Assembly: GCF_006345805.1 (NCBI RefSeq)
Contig: NC_042997.1
Coordinates: 95,356,001-95,420,000 of the forward strand
Source: Octopus sinensis
Taxonomy: Eukaryota
Reading direction: 5' to 3'
DNA: 64,000 nucleotides
The stretch's first letter is position 1. Each line of letters begins with the position of its first letter. Position numbers and translations under genes: made by a program. Under the pieces are notes generated by a model. It did not search any database. It saw only the letters and a list, made by a program, of their open reading frames with translations, and was not told the DNA's origin. Positions 13,837-26,083 of the stretch are shown one piece after another.

Positions 13837-15844
13837 ACGTGTGTGTGTATATGTATAACTGTTTGGCTCACATCGACACTATTTGAAGTGTTGTGAGCAT
13901 CTAAGACGCGTCCATCTCATTAGAGACTAGGAGGAGAGTGAAAGATTTTGGAGTAATTCAAGATAATGTCGAGGTGTTTAGGCCGTCTTCGGTCGGCACA
14001 GGTCACGTGGTTTTTATGCTATCAAGGCAACACTAATGATTTCCTTCATTTCTTCGATAATGTTTTCGTACAGGAGTGTGGCAGAATGTTGGCGGCAGTT
14101 TGTGGCATAGTGTTTTCAGTGACACATCCTTTGTGAATTAGATACTGCACGTAATGGTATGGAATGTTCGTGACAATCAGTAGCTCAGTCGTTGCGTATG
14201 AACACAAAGTTGCAGCAATATTTATGTGGGAGTAAATGATGTAAAAATTCACTCTGAACTACATGCTAATCCATGATTCCATACGTATACGAGTATGTAA
14301 TTTCATAAATTTAATGTTGGATAGTTTTATCGGGTAGAAATGAAAACCAAATATTGGCATGGCATTTCAGCTATGTAGATTTATAAAAAGAAGCATTGCT
14401 ATGATTATTTGTATGCGGCGCCATTAACTGAATGTGTCGCTTTGTATATCTATGATGGTAACATTCACATCTATTGTGATTTATAGAAATATTAAATAGA
14501 AATCGCAACTGAAAAGATGAAAGGCAAACATGATTTGGACGTCTTTTGAAATTTAAAAGTAAACTCTACTCCCCTACACTCTATGGTATTCCTACGCACA
14601 CCACTGCCTAGGTAATCTATTTTCTTTTTAGAATAACTTGAATATTTATCAATAGTTCTCATAACGATGCTGTCAGTTTTGGTACATTCTACAATTATCG
14701 ATAATTTATTTCAGTAATCCATTCTTCAGCATGACATGTGATCACATCCTTTGAAACGGGCAGTATCCTTATAAAAAGGAAGAACCCTATTTGTTCTCTT
14801 TGTTGCTTAATAATAATTCAATATCAGAAACAACTATTTACTCGGACATTGTTTATATTTTTTTCAGATTATTGTATGTTGCATAACTTGGTGCAACTAC
14901 ATTTAACGAAAGCACAATTTGCCTGGGGGAGCATTACAGTTCAGGGTTGTAAAAACCCTCGGCTTCCATGAGTAGCGTGGTGATATTCTCTAGATTATTT
15001 CGACGCGACCCCTGCCATGGAATGGATCCGAGGGGGATGGGATATATCGATCAACCAGGCTACGTTTTTAATAATATCTTCCAGTGCTTCGTAACTATAA
15101 AAACCCTGTCCCCTCTGACGACAAGATAATGGTTCCACTCCAGCCTATCGATAGATGCATTTCATTTGGATTTATATAGCTCACAAACTCAAATACCGAG
15201 ATGCATGATCACACCACTATGTATACACTCGAAATAAAAAAATCTTGCTAGGAAACAGAGAGGATATTTCCTTGATCCTTGACTCTTATTTTAATTGCGA
15301 AGCATTTTGGAGTCAGGTAATAAGAATGATTACTGGTTAAATATGCTGGTGGAATAACTTTTATTATCCTCAAAGCCACCTGGATTGGCTCCATTTTGGG
15401 AGACAATTATGTCATCTTGATCTCACACTGCTAATGGTTTCATAAATTAACATTATGCTCTGTTGCTTTAAGGAATATATCTGAGAAAAGTTCAAGGCAA
15501 GTAGAAAAGGTTGGTCTAAAATTTCAAGTCAGATATTGTGCGGTAACTGTGATTAAAGAACCTAAATTGGTATGTGTAAATATTACATAGTATTGTCTCC
15601 GTTTCACAAGTATAGATCTGTCGCATTCCTGAAGACTTTCTCTCTTGTACGTTCGTTTCATTTACTATCTACATATTCTAATTTATTCAATATATATCGG
15701 ATCGCCCATTGTATCTGTTGGGATAAATGACTAAAAAAAAAATTTAATTTCTCCTTCTTCATGTTTGAGGTACCAAATATTTTGCGATGTCAGCGTGCTA
15801 CCTTTTTCATCTCCACTTTATATATTAATGTATGTTTCTGCGGG

Positions 15845-15878
15845 TATCTATCTGTCTATCTGTCTGGCTGGCTGGCTG

Positions 15879-15927
<49 letters not shown>

Positions 15928-16120
15928 ATATCTATCTATCTATCTATCTATCTATCTAGCTAGCTATCTATCTATCTATCTATTTGTCTGTCTGTCTGTA
16001 TGTCTGTCTGTCTGTCTGCCTGTCTGCCTGTATGTATGTATGTATTTATGTATGTATGTATGCAGGGTGTGTGAATGTGCATGTGTGTGTGCATGTGCGT
16101 GTGTATGTGGGTGCGTATGC
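15845..16120. repeat. Compound tetranucleotide microsatellite (TATC/TGTC/TATG) plus TG
   Basis: Direct reading. Confidence 0.95.
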
Positions 16121-16134
16121 ACATCTGTGCATTC

Positions 16135-16290
16135 CCAAGAGAGCGGGAAAGGCCACTTAGAAGGCCTCTACGATGATGTGAAGAAGATTTGGCGAAGCAA
16201 ATTGAGTATTTATAGAACAGAATGGCGCAATCAAGAGAAAACCAGAAGCGCATTTTGACCAGCTGTGTATAACATCATCTAATGATCAAT
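16135..16290 (+). mobile_element. Possible RTE-clade LINE 3' end
   Basis: Translation ERPLRRPLR..DDVKK..WRNQEKTRSAF resembles the RTE C-terminal GRPxRRWxDDxKK...WR motif. Confidence 0.35.
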
Positions 16291-16306
16291 GCTGCGATAC
16301 AGTGAT

Positions 16307-16361
<55 letters not shown>

Positions 16362-18034
16362 TATCCATGCACATATATTTACATAAGTACATAAATATAT
16401 TTATATGTATATGTATGGATGAATACTTCTAATGTTCACATTATGTTTATCAAGTGTTTCAATGTTACAACACAAAAATCAGTGAAAACCAGTATCAACG
16501 CTGAAGTTTTGATTTTCAGTCTTCATATAAATATTCCTGCATTGTAGACACCACATTAGAGATTAACACGATCTTATCTACTGAATTATATTTCTCCTAA
16601 CAATCTCTTAGGTTACAGAGTTTTATGGCATTGTCTCAGAAATGTATTGATCATAATATTAATGCCAAAGGTTACAAAAATTATTAGAATGTATCTTTAA
16701 TACAGAATCATGATTTAAATTTTAATTTGTCGAGAAAGATCAGTTTTCTAAGAGTCTGTAATTAGCCATGGTACATTAATTAACTTTATTATTGTTAGTG
16801 TAAACATGTGAGTTTATTCGACGTATTCGGGTTCCAGATATTTATACTGTCAAATCAAACTGACACTTGAAAATAAAACTTGGGCTGCAGAACGTAATTA
16901 CAGATCGGTTTACATTACGAAAAGTAAAGGAGTTTTTTTTTTATTCCCATGACTTGTAAAGATTAGGCATCTCGTTATCTGTTTGACAGGCAAATAATTC
17001 GCATATCGTTGAAAGAAAATTATAAAGCAACACATCCATCCACATACACACACACACGAAACGCAAGCACACGCACAAACACATACACACCAACACACAC
17101 ACGCATTCTTATCGTAAGGATGACAGGCACGGAAAGAAGAACCGCGGCTAAGTTTTACGTCGTATGATTTCATTTGATGTGGTAGAAAAAAAACCAGAAA
17201 GTTTCTGTAGGCACCAGTTTTACTATTTGCAGATGACTCTTCGGAACAGACAAATATACTGGCCTTATAGCAAGTGGTTGAAAATATCTTGCGAGTGAAA
17301 ACTCTAAAAATTGAATTATCTCTCTGATCAAATATGAAAGACGGGTTTCCTTTGGGGTTTCATTAGAAGGAATAGGATATGTGCTTTGGGATAGCAAGCC
17401 TTAAAATCTGATTCGCTTTAACACAACCATACGTCTCTATTGGTTTCTTTGCTGAAATTTCGTTCGTGGAATCTTTTGGGCCAGATCTGAGACCTATGTG
17501 GGGGAACAATTGCCACTAATATCAGAGACTCTAAAAGTGGTAAATTAAGATCGACATTTTTCTTTGATTAAGCAATAAAAACAAAAAATAGTTCGGTCGT
17601 ATTTGGTCGACACAGTGCTCGATACATGACAAATTATTAACAAACATAGCTGAAATAAAATATTTACATTCATGCATAGATCTGAATAGGCACCTATTTT
17701 TCTATCTCCACGTTGTAAGTTATCCTGTAAAATTCACGTAGGTTTAAGCAATAAGAACAATGCGCATATTTAAGAATATTGTTTAAAATTGAAGGGCAAC
17801 ACTGTAATTCTTAATGACTTTTCTAATGAGTATACAGTAATGTACAGTAAAAAGTGCTCGGAAATTAATAAAATCCCACCACATTTTGTATATACAGAGT
17901 AACTTTGACGCAAAAATTTTACATATTCCCGTTAGAATGGATTTAAGAGTGAAAAAAGACAAGAACCCATTCAAAGTCAGTGAAGTCTGTTTTTGTTTGA
18001 GATTATTAATGATAAATCTATATTTTATATTAAA

Positions 18035-18669
18035 CTAGCAGCATAGCCCGGCGTTGCCCCCTAGACAGTCTGTGGTTTGTGTTTAATACACAAATCGGTT
18101 TGCTATGTGTGCCACATATGATTTAATTAACCGATTTTTTCCAGTAATAAAGTATCCTATTGGAATAAAAAGGGCCATATAGCTCCTTGGAGCAGACATG
18201 ATGCTTGCTGTGAATTTAAAAAAAATTCCTGCCAATTTGTGAAAGATATTGTCGAAAATATGTCATCTTGAATTTGAACGCGATTTCCCAAAATGGCATG
18301 ATTTTATCGATTTTTTTCTGATGGTAAGGTATTGCATGGAAAACTAACGTCAGAATTAAGTTTCTTAGGGCAACATTAAGCTTCACCCTGAGTTTGATGA
18401 AAATCAATTGCAAGTTGCGAAAATAACAACAGAAAATGTGTTGCATATGAAAAGCTTAGATCCTCGACCCAATGTCGAATTTATCAATTTTTTTCAGAAC
18501 TGGGGGAACTTTTCAAAACTGTCGCTTCATTAGTTTTGAATTATGACATTGGGCTATGTGTGTGTCAAGTTTCATCAGAATCGGCTGAAAGCCGTGGTCA
18601 GCGTGAGGGTACAACCTGACAGACACACAGACACACAGACAGACAAACTGCCGTTTATATATAGCGAGA
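18035..18669 (-). mobile_element. Non-autonomous Helitron (Lep1-like), complete ends
   Basis: Minus strand begins A|TC (18669) and ends CTAG|T (18035), the canonical Helitron ends and AT target; degenerate GC-rich subterminal hairpin (gcccggcgttgccc) and an internal (ACAG)n tract. Confidence 0.8.
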
Positions 18670-19559
18670 TGAATGTTTATAAAACTTTTGACAATCTTAG
18701 AAAGAACGCAAATGTCTGCTAAAACCTTTCTATATATTGATTTATGAATATAATGATTCCTGATTGATCTTCACATTATTGAAATAAACGCATTAATTTA
18801 CCGTCAGTATTATACGAGTAGTATTACGAAGAAAATGGTTTTCTGTTCTAACTTAATAACTTGCTAGCATTAACATTGTCAACTAAGATAATTGCTTATA
18901 GCGGCGACGATTGAAGTTTGAAATATGTTGCGTCTAAAAAGGATATCATATTGTATGCAACAATATTCATTGGAGATATTTCACAACTTCGATATTTATT
19001 GTGTAAATGTATGATTTCATTAGCTGAGGTCAATGCTTTAGTTAATTCTTTTGAATTTAAGCAGCTTACGTACTAACATTAATAGAGCTGAACGCTCACT
19101 AGCCCATAACTCAGTATTTTATTGATATACAACAATGTAATGTAACGAAACACTATCTGTTTTAGAGATTAAAGACTTGAACTGCATCGCAATGTGGACT
19201 CCGAGAATAATGGGAAAATTTATTATTTATTGACATTGAGTATATAAGAATCATAAACACTTCAGTTACGTGTGTATTAAATTCTCGAATCAGTAGTATG
19301 AAAATGGTACCTTTTAGTGGCATATACCCACACAATTGCTGTAGAGAGTACTAGATGGTACAATATTTTATTAAAATCAAAGGTGGGAACAAAATAGGAG
19401 CTTCGAAATTGATCTGAAGTAATTTAGCAGAAAACCAACTGTAAGTACAACAAAGAATTTATTCTGGATTTTACCAATTCCTAAACATTACCTTGCTCAT
19501 TAAAGATAATGAGGTTTCCTTCTACTATAGAAGGAATGTGCTAATGGATCACATTGCTC

Positions 19560-19720
19560 CCCCCCCCCCACACACCAGTGCTGGACTATTACTTATTTAT
19601 TGACCCTAACAAGGTGAAGGCAAAATTCGACTACCACAGGATTGAACTCAGGACTTAAAACCGGAAGAAATGCCATTCAGCATTTTGTACGGGAAGTAAT
19701 GAATCTGCTAGGTTGGCCTC
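19560..19720 (-). mobile_element. tRNA-derived SINE (degenerate)
   Basis: ttgaccctaacaaggtgaaggcaaaattcgac...gaactcaggac...aatctgcta family motifs. Confidence 0.65.
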
Positions 19721-19759
19721 CTAATAATATTGACAACAACAACAACAACCAACAACAGC

Positions 19760-19808
<49 letters not shown>

Positions 19809-19809
19809 T

Positions 19810-20160
19810 ACGTAAATGCTAAATATATATCTGTAAAGGAATTTGACAAGTTAAGTCCTGGTAATTGAAATACAAAAGATGTGGCAAAAACTCTTCCTGT
19901 TATTGTAGGTACCGTATGTATCATAAAAGAGGGATGTCAGAAACATCTAGACAACATCTCAGGAGAACCAAGTAACAGAGAAATCCAAAAGATTGAACTT
20001 ACAAATATTGGCTACATCCTTAGAAAAACCCTATAATTTTAAATTGCTGTGTTGTATTACATGAAGATATTACGCTATTGCCCAAACACTTCCTCTTCCC
20101 AAGCTTTCAGTCATACCGTAACCTCTCTTCTCCTACACTGTGTCTGTCTCAGCAAGCGAC
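19810..20160 (+). mobile_element. R4/Dong-clade (RLE) LINE 3' fragment
   Basis: LVIEIQKMWQK..LPVIVGTVCIIKEGCQKHLDNISGEPSNREIQKIELTNIGYILRKTL*, the C-terminus downstream of the PD-(D/E)xK nuclease. Confidence 0.7.
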
Positions 20161-20230
20161 TGTAACACACATGCAAAATAAAATAAAATAAAATAAAATA
20201 AAATAATAATAATAATAATAATAATAATAA

Positions 20231-20481
20231 TTCCTTTCATAGTAGGTGCATTAGGCATGATAAAAAAATATTCAGACAAATACATAACAAAAACACCAGG
20301 ACTTACAAACACATATAACATACAGAAAATTGCACTACTAGGCACTCCCACACATCCTACACAGAACACTATCAATACAGTAACTATCAGAGTATCACAA
20401 CAAATCACAGCACATACCCAAGGCACACAGAGCTGCGCTCGGTAGTGAAGTGAAAGCACGTTATAAAAATATAACTACTGA
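20231..20481 (+). mobile_element. R4/Dong-clade LINE 3' end (second family)
   Basis: IPFIVGALGMIKKYSDKYITKTPGLTNTYNIQKIALLGTPHIL; preceded by (AAT)n and followed by (GAT)n. Confidence 0.75.
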
Positions 20482-20527
<46 letters not shown>

Positions 20528-20621
20528 AGGAGAGAGGTAACTCTTCCAGAAGTTATACAGAAATAAATAGAAGAGTGTCATAGTTATCATGTGAAATTGG
20601 TTGACCGATATTTCGGCATCT

Positions 20622-21541
20622 GTTATTATTATTATTATTTTTTTTTTTTTTATTTATCTAGTTTCAGTTCACAAGCTGTGGCCATGCTGGGACACCGCCA
20701 TTTGGTGTTGCTACATGATTTTACTTCACGAATGCTTTTTAGCAATTGCCATTTGGTGCATGAGAGAGTTCGATGCAGCTGCCCTCATCTACACCTCCTG
20801 CCGTGAAGTTGGTTCATCTGGGATACCTGACAAGAAGAGATCCAGTTACATTTTAAAGACATCTGCATCCACCCCATGCAGGTCTCTTAGGTTCTTCGGG
20901 AGGATATTGAAGAGCTGTGGGCCTCGGAAGCCCAGGCTATCACAGTATCTTGTCCTACATCTTGATGGCAAATTTGGAGTCCTTGGCACTATGCAGTGGC
21001 GCCCAGTTCTGGCATTTGTGTAACTCTCGATGCCAAAGTTTGGGACAAGTCCTTCTAGGCTCTTCCAGATGTATATTATGGCATATCGTTCTCGACTATG
21101 CTCTAAGGAATAGAGTCTCAGTCTCTTGAGTCTTTCCCTATAGCTTATATGCTGCACAGAGGCTATCTTCGTGTAGCTTCGTTGGATCGTCTCAAGCTCT
21201 GTGATTAACTTGACACTGGATGGTGACCATAGCTGAGAGCAATAATCAAAGTGGCTTAGGGCAAGTGTCCTCCAGAGGACCATCATGGTTTCCTGATCTC
21301 TTGTTCTGAAGGTTCTAAGAATCCATCCGGTCAGCCGCCTACATTTCATTGCCAATTTAGCAACATGCACATGAAAGGTTGCATCATCACTCATGTAAAT
21401 AACCAGGTCTTGCACTGATTGTGCCTCTGGGATTGCAGTGCCTCCAGGTCCAGTGTATTTATTGGGTATTGCATTTAGTTTTGCGTGCTGATAACATAGA
21501 GCTTGAAACTTTTCAGCATTGAACTGCATGCTATCATTAAA
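20622..21541 (-). mobile_element. CR1/L2-like LINE, 5'-truncated, with 3' tail and 61-bp flanking direct repeats
   Basis: ORF 20846-21616: MQFNAEKFQ, CRRLTGWILRTFRTRD, HFDYCSQLWSP, LETIQRSYTK, YRERLKRLRLYSLE, GPQLFNILP; A/TAA tail at 20622-20652. Confidence 0.9.
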
Positions 21542-21868
21542 AAATAAATAGAAGAGTGCCATAGTTACCATGTGAAATTGGTTGAGCGATATTTTGGCAT
21601 CTAGCATGCCTTCCACAGGTTCAATAATTGCATGTCAGTCTACTTCTCTTTTTTTTTCACTGGCGAAAAATAATTCAAAATTCCATAAATAATATCTGTA
21701 ATTCTGTATTCACTCGAATGGAGAACTGTCTCGCTCAAGAAGGACTTCAGGTTGAACAATTCTCATGATGTTTCATATTTAGATGCTTTTGTTAAATTCA
21801 TTCAGTTGTTAACATAAATATTGGAATGAAATGGTCTTGATTTACTGTCAGGTGACATTTGGTCAAAC

Positions 21869-21870
<2 letters not shown>

Positions 21871-21940
<70 letters not shown>

Positions 21941-22162
21941 GTACGTATCTATGAGTACATGGACGAATGTACATATGCATATATATATATGTATGTATAT
22001 GTATGTTTATAAGTATATGTATTTTTATGTATGTATGCATATATATATATATATATATATACATATATATACATATATATATATATAATATACACATATA
22101 TAGCTATACATATATATCTATATATATATATATAGCTATATATACATATATAAGCATATATA

Positions 22163-22200
<38 letters not shown>
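21871..22200. repeat. (TA)n-rich microsatellite
   Basis: Direct reading. Confidence 0.95.
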
Positions 22201-22206
<6 letters not shown>

Positions 22207-22296
22207 ATATTATTAGAGACAAAACACTATTTTGCAAAACAAACAAGGAAATACTTAATCAATAAATAATATTTTAATAAAAAGTCAAAATAACCG

Positions 22297-22339
22297 CCAC
22301 TACAATTGTTTCTTGTCCTGATCGACAATCTTCAGGTGG
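22297..22339 (-). ncRNA. Minimal type I hammerhead ribozyme
   Basis: Minus strand CCAC-CTGAAGA-TTGTC-GATCAG-GACAA-GAAAC-AATT-GTA-GTGG: stems I, II and III plus the conserved core. Confidence 0.8.
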
Positions 22340-25300
22340 ACTTCCAATCTAAAATATCAATATTTTAAAATATAAAAATAATAATTTTAAAATAATTAAA
22401 GTATTAATGAAAAAATATAAATACATAATCTATATATAACCTATATATAATCCATATATAATCAATATATAAACAATACATAAACTAAAATAAACCTATC
22501 AACAATTAAATATAAAATATAAAATATAAAATATAAAACAAAACAAAAAATAAACTATATATACACCCATACACATATAACTAATTATATATAACCATAT
22601 CTAAATACATACACTAAATCACACACCTATATATATATCCCTATAGATACACATAAAAACGTCTAGGCAACGATAAATAAATAAAATAGCCAAATACTTC
22701 AAAACAATACTTATTCATACTCCCTCACACACACATACAACCCACTTTCCCGCTCTGGAAACGGACATCATTTAAAATTATGAATGGAGAAATGGAATAA
22801 ATGGAATTAAAAATTATATTCACTTGGAAAAACGAACATTACTTAAAATTATGAATGAAACAATGCAATAAAACAACAGACATCGTAAATAGACACAAAT
22901 TACTACGAATTCCTTAACAAACCAAAACTCATAAAAACATATAATGATAAAATCTCCCTTTACTAAACTCTATAACATACCTATATAGCAATCCCCCTAA
23001 CCTAAACATTCCCACACAAATACACACACGTAAACCACACACCCACGACATATACAACTACCCACCTCACTCACACATACCTATACATACATATAAACCT
23101 CAATATATACTCCAAAAACCCACTCAACCTCACACAGACAAATAAACATATACATCTCCAAACCTATATAGCAAACCCCAAAACACATTCACACACAAAT
23201 ATACATACGTAAAACACACACCATATACATATACATACTCACTAAACTCGAAATATACAACAATATTAACACACCCACACTCATACAGACAAACAAATTA
23301 TACAACCAAAATACGCACACACTCACACACAATCCCACATACATAAACACTCCAAAGAAAAACAACATTATTACACATAATACGATATATAAAATACATC
23401 GTAAGTAACCAGAATAATTAAAACTCATAAAAACATAAATGATAAAACCTCCCTTTACTAAACCCTATAACATACTTATATAGCAATCCCTTTAACCGGT
23501 GCATATATTGAGGCTCATACGTAGCACTATGGAAGCGAACGTCATTGAAATTATGAATGGAATAAGTGGAATTGGGAATTGTAACCGGGTGGTGGGCTAG
23601 CGTTGCTTAGGATTGGGAGTGGAATAATGTAATAAAATGGCAGACGTCGGGAATAGACGTGGATTGCTACGAATTGTGTGTTGAAATTGCCAAGATGAGC
23701 TGAAGCTCATAAATACATATAATAATTTATCATGGTAGTTTTATTAAAGAATCCATTCATAATTTTTTGAGTTGTGGTTTGCTGCCGCGTGAATATAGTT
23801 TTTAGTTCCATTTATTCTATTTCTCCATTCATAATTTTAAATGACGTTTGCTTCCATGGCGCGTATTCTTTTTATACATAAGTTATGTTCCTATGGTAAC
23901 GTAATTTTGGTTTGGCTTTTTTAACGCTTAGAATTTAATTCACTTCATAAATTGAAACTGACTTGTAAGTATGTATATTATTTCTCTTTATGTCTTATTG
24001 TTATTTTTGATATTCTGGTTAATTACGATGTATTTTATATATCGTTTTATGTGTAATAATGTTGTTTTTCTTTGGAGTGTTTATGTATGTGAGATTGTGT
24101 GTGAGTGTGTGCGTATTTTGGTTGTATAGTTTGTTTATCTGTATGAGTGTGGGTGTGTAAATATTGTTGTATATATCGAGTTTAGTGAGTATGTATATGC
24201 GTATATGTGAGGGAGTATATGTATATGTTGTGTGTGGGTGTTTTTTGCGTATGTGTGTTTGTGTGTGAATGTGTATATGGGTTTGTTATATAGGTTTGGG
24301 GATGTATGTGTTAATTTGTCTGTGTTGGAGCAGTGGGATTTTGGTGTATATTGAGGTTTATACGTAGTATAGGTATGTGTGAGTGAGGTGGGTATTTGTA
24401 TAAGTCGTGGGTCTGTGGTTTACGTGTGTGTATTTGTGTGTGAATGTTTAGGTTAGGGGGATTGCTATATAGGTTTGTTTAGAGTTTAGCAAAGGGAGAT
24501 TTTATCATTATATGTTTTTATGAGTTTTGGTTTATCATGGTAGTTTTGTAAAGAATTCTTAGTAATTTGTCTATTTGCGGTTGTTTGTTGTTTTATTGCA
24601 TTGTTTCATTCAATAATTTGAGTGGTGTTCGTTTTACCACGTGAATATTATTTTTAATTCCATTTTTCCATTCCCATTCATAATTTTTAAAAGATGTTCG
24701 TTTCCAGAGCGGGAATACTTTTTATACATATGTTAGGTTCCTTGGTAACGTAATTTTGTTTGGTGTATATGTTGAGGCTTATATGTAGTTGTGGGTGTGT
24801 GTGAGTGGGGTGGGTGTTGTATTTGTTATGGGTGTGTGGTTTACGTGTGTGTTATTTGTGTGTGAATGTATAGGTTAAAGGGATTGCTATTAAGTATGTT
24901 ATAGGGTTTAGTAAAGGGAGGTTTTATCATTTTGTTTTTATGAGTTTTAATTATTCTGGTTACTTACGATGTATTTTATATATCGTATTATGTGTAATAA
25001 TGTTGTTTTTCTTTGGAGTGTTTATGTATGTGGGATTGTGTGTGAGTGTGTGTGTATTTTGGTTGTATAATTTGTTTGTCTGTATGAGTGTGGGTGTGTT
25101 AATATTGTTGTATATTTCGAGTTTAGTGAGTATGTATATGTATATGGTGTGTGTTTTACGTATGTATATTTGTGTGTGAATGTGTTTTTGGGTTTGCTAT
25201 ATAGGTTTGGAGATGTATGTGTTTATTTGTCTGTGTGGGGTTGAGTGGGTTTTTGGAGTATATATTGAGGTTTATATGTATGTATAGATATGTGTGAGTG

Positions 25301-26040
25301 AGGTGGGTATTTGTATATGTCGTGGGTGTGTGGTTTACGTGTGTGTATTTGTGTGGGAATGTTTAGGTTAGGGGGATTGCTATATAGGTATGTTATAGAG
25401 TTTAGTAAAGAGAGATTTTATCATTATATGTTTTTATGAGTTTTGGTTTGTCATGGTAGTCTTGTTAAGGAATTCGTAGTAATTTGTGTCTATTTATGAT
25501 GTCTGTTGTTTTATTGCATTGTTTCATTCATAATTTTTAAGTAATGTTCGTTTTACCAAGTGAATATAATTTTTAATTCCATTTATTCCATTTCTCCATT
25601 AATAATTTTAAATGATGTCCGTTTCCAGAGCGGGAATGTGGGTTGTATGTGTGTGTGAGGGAGTATGAATAAGTATTGTGTTGAAGTATTTGGCTATTTT
25701 ATTTATTTATCGTTGCCTAGACGTTTTTATGTGTATCTATAGGGATATATATATGGTGTGTGATTTAGTGTATGTATTTAGATATGGTTATATATAATTA
25801 GTTATGTGTATGGGTCTATATATAGTTTATTTTTTGTTTTGTTTTATATTTTATATTTTATATTTTATATTTAATTGTTGATAGGTTTATTTTAGTTTAT
25901 GTATTGTTTATATATTGATTATATATGGATTATATATAGGTTATATATAGATTATATATTTATATTTTTTCATTAATACTTTAATTATTTTAAAATTATT
26001 ATTTTTATATTTTAAAATATTGATATTTTAGATTGGAAGT

Positions 26041-26083
26041 CCACCTGAAGATTGTCGATCAGGACAAGAAACAATTGTAGTGG
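26041..26083 (+). ncRNA. Minimal type I hammerhead ribozyme
   Basis: CCAC(26041)-CTGAAGA-TTGTC-GATCAG-GACAA-GAAAC-AATT-GTA-GTGG(26083); predicted cleavage after 26079. Confidence 0.8.

Noticed and set aside
17215-17260. PVLLFADD, an RT-like motif
   Set aside because: Isolated eight-residue match with no supporting RT sequence on either side
23360-23410. NTIYKIH as a GIY-YIG remnant
   Set aside because: Too short, followed by a stop, with no second YIG motif
23189-23428. 79-aa hydrophobic ORF present twice (also 24940-25179)
   Set aside because: A by-product of the G/T-rich skewed repeat; useful only as proof of the inverted duplication
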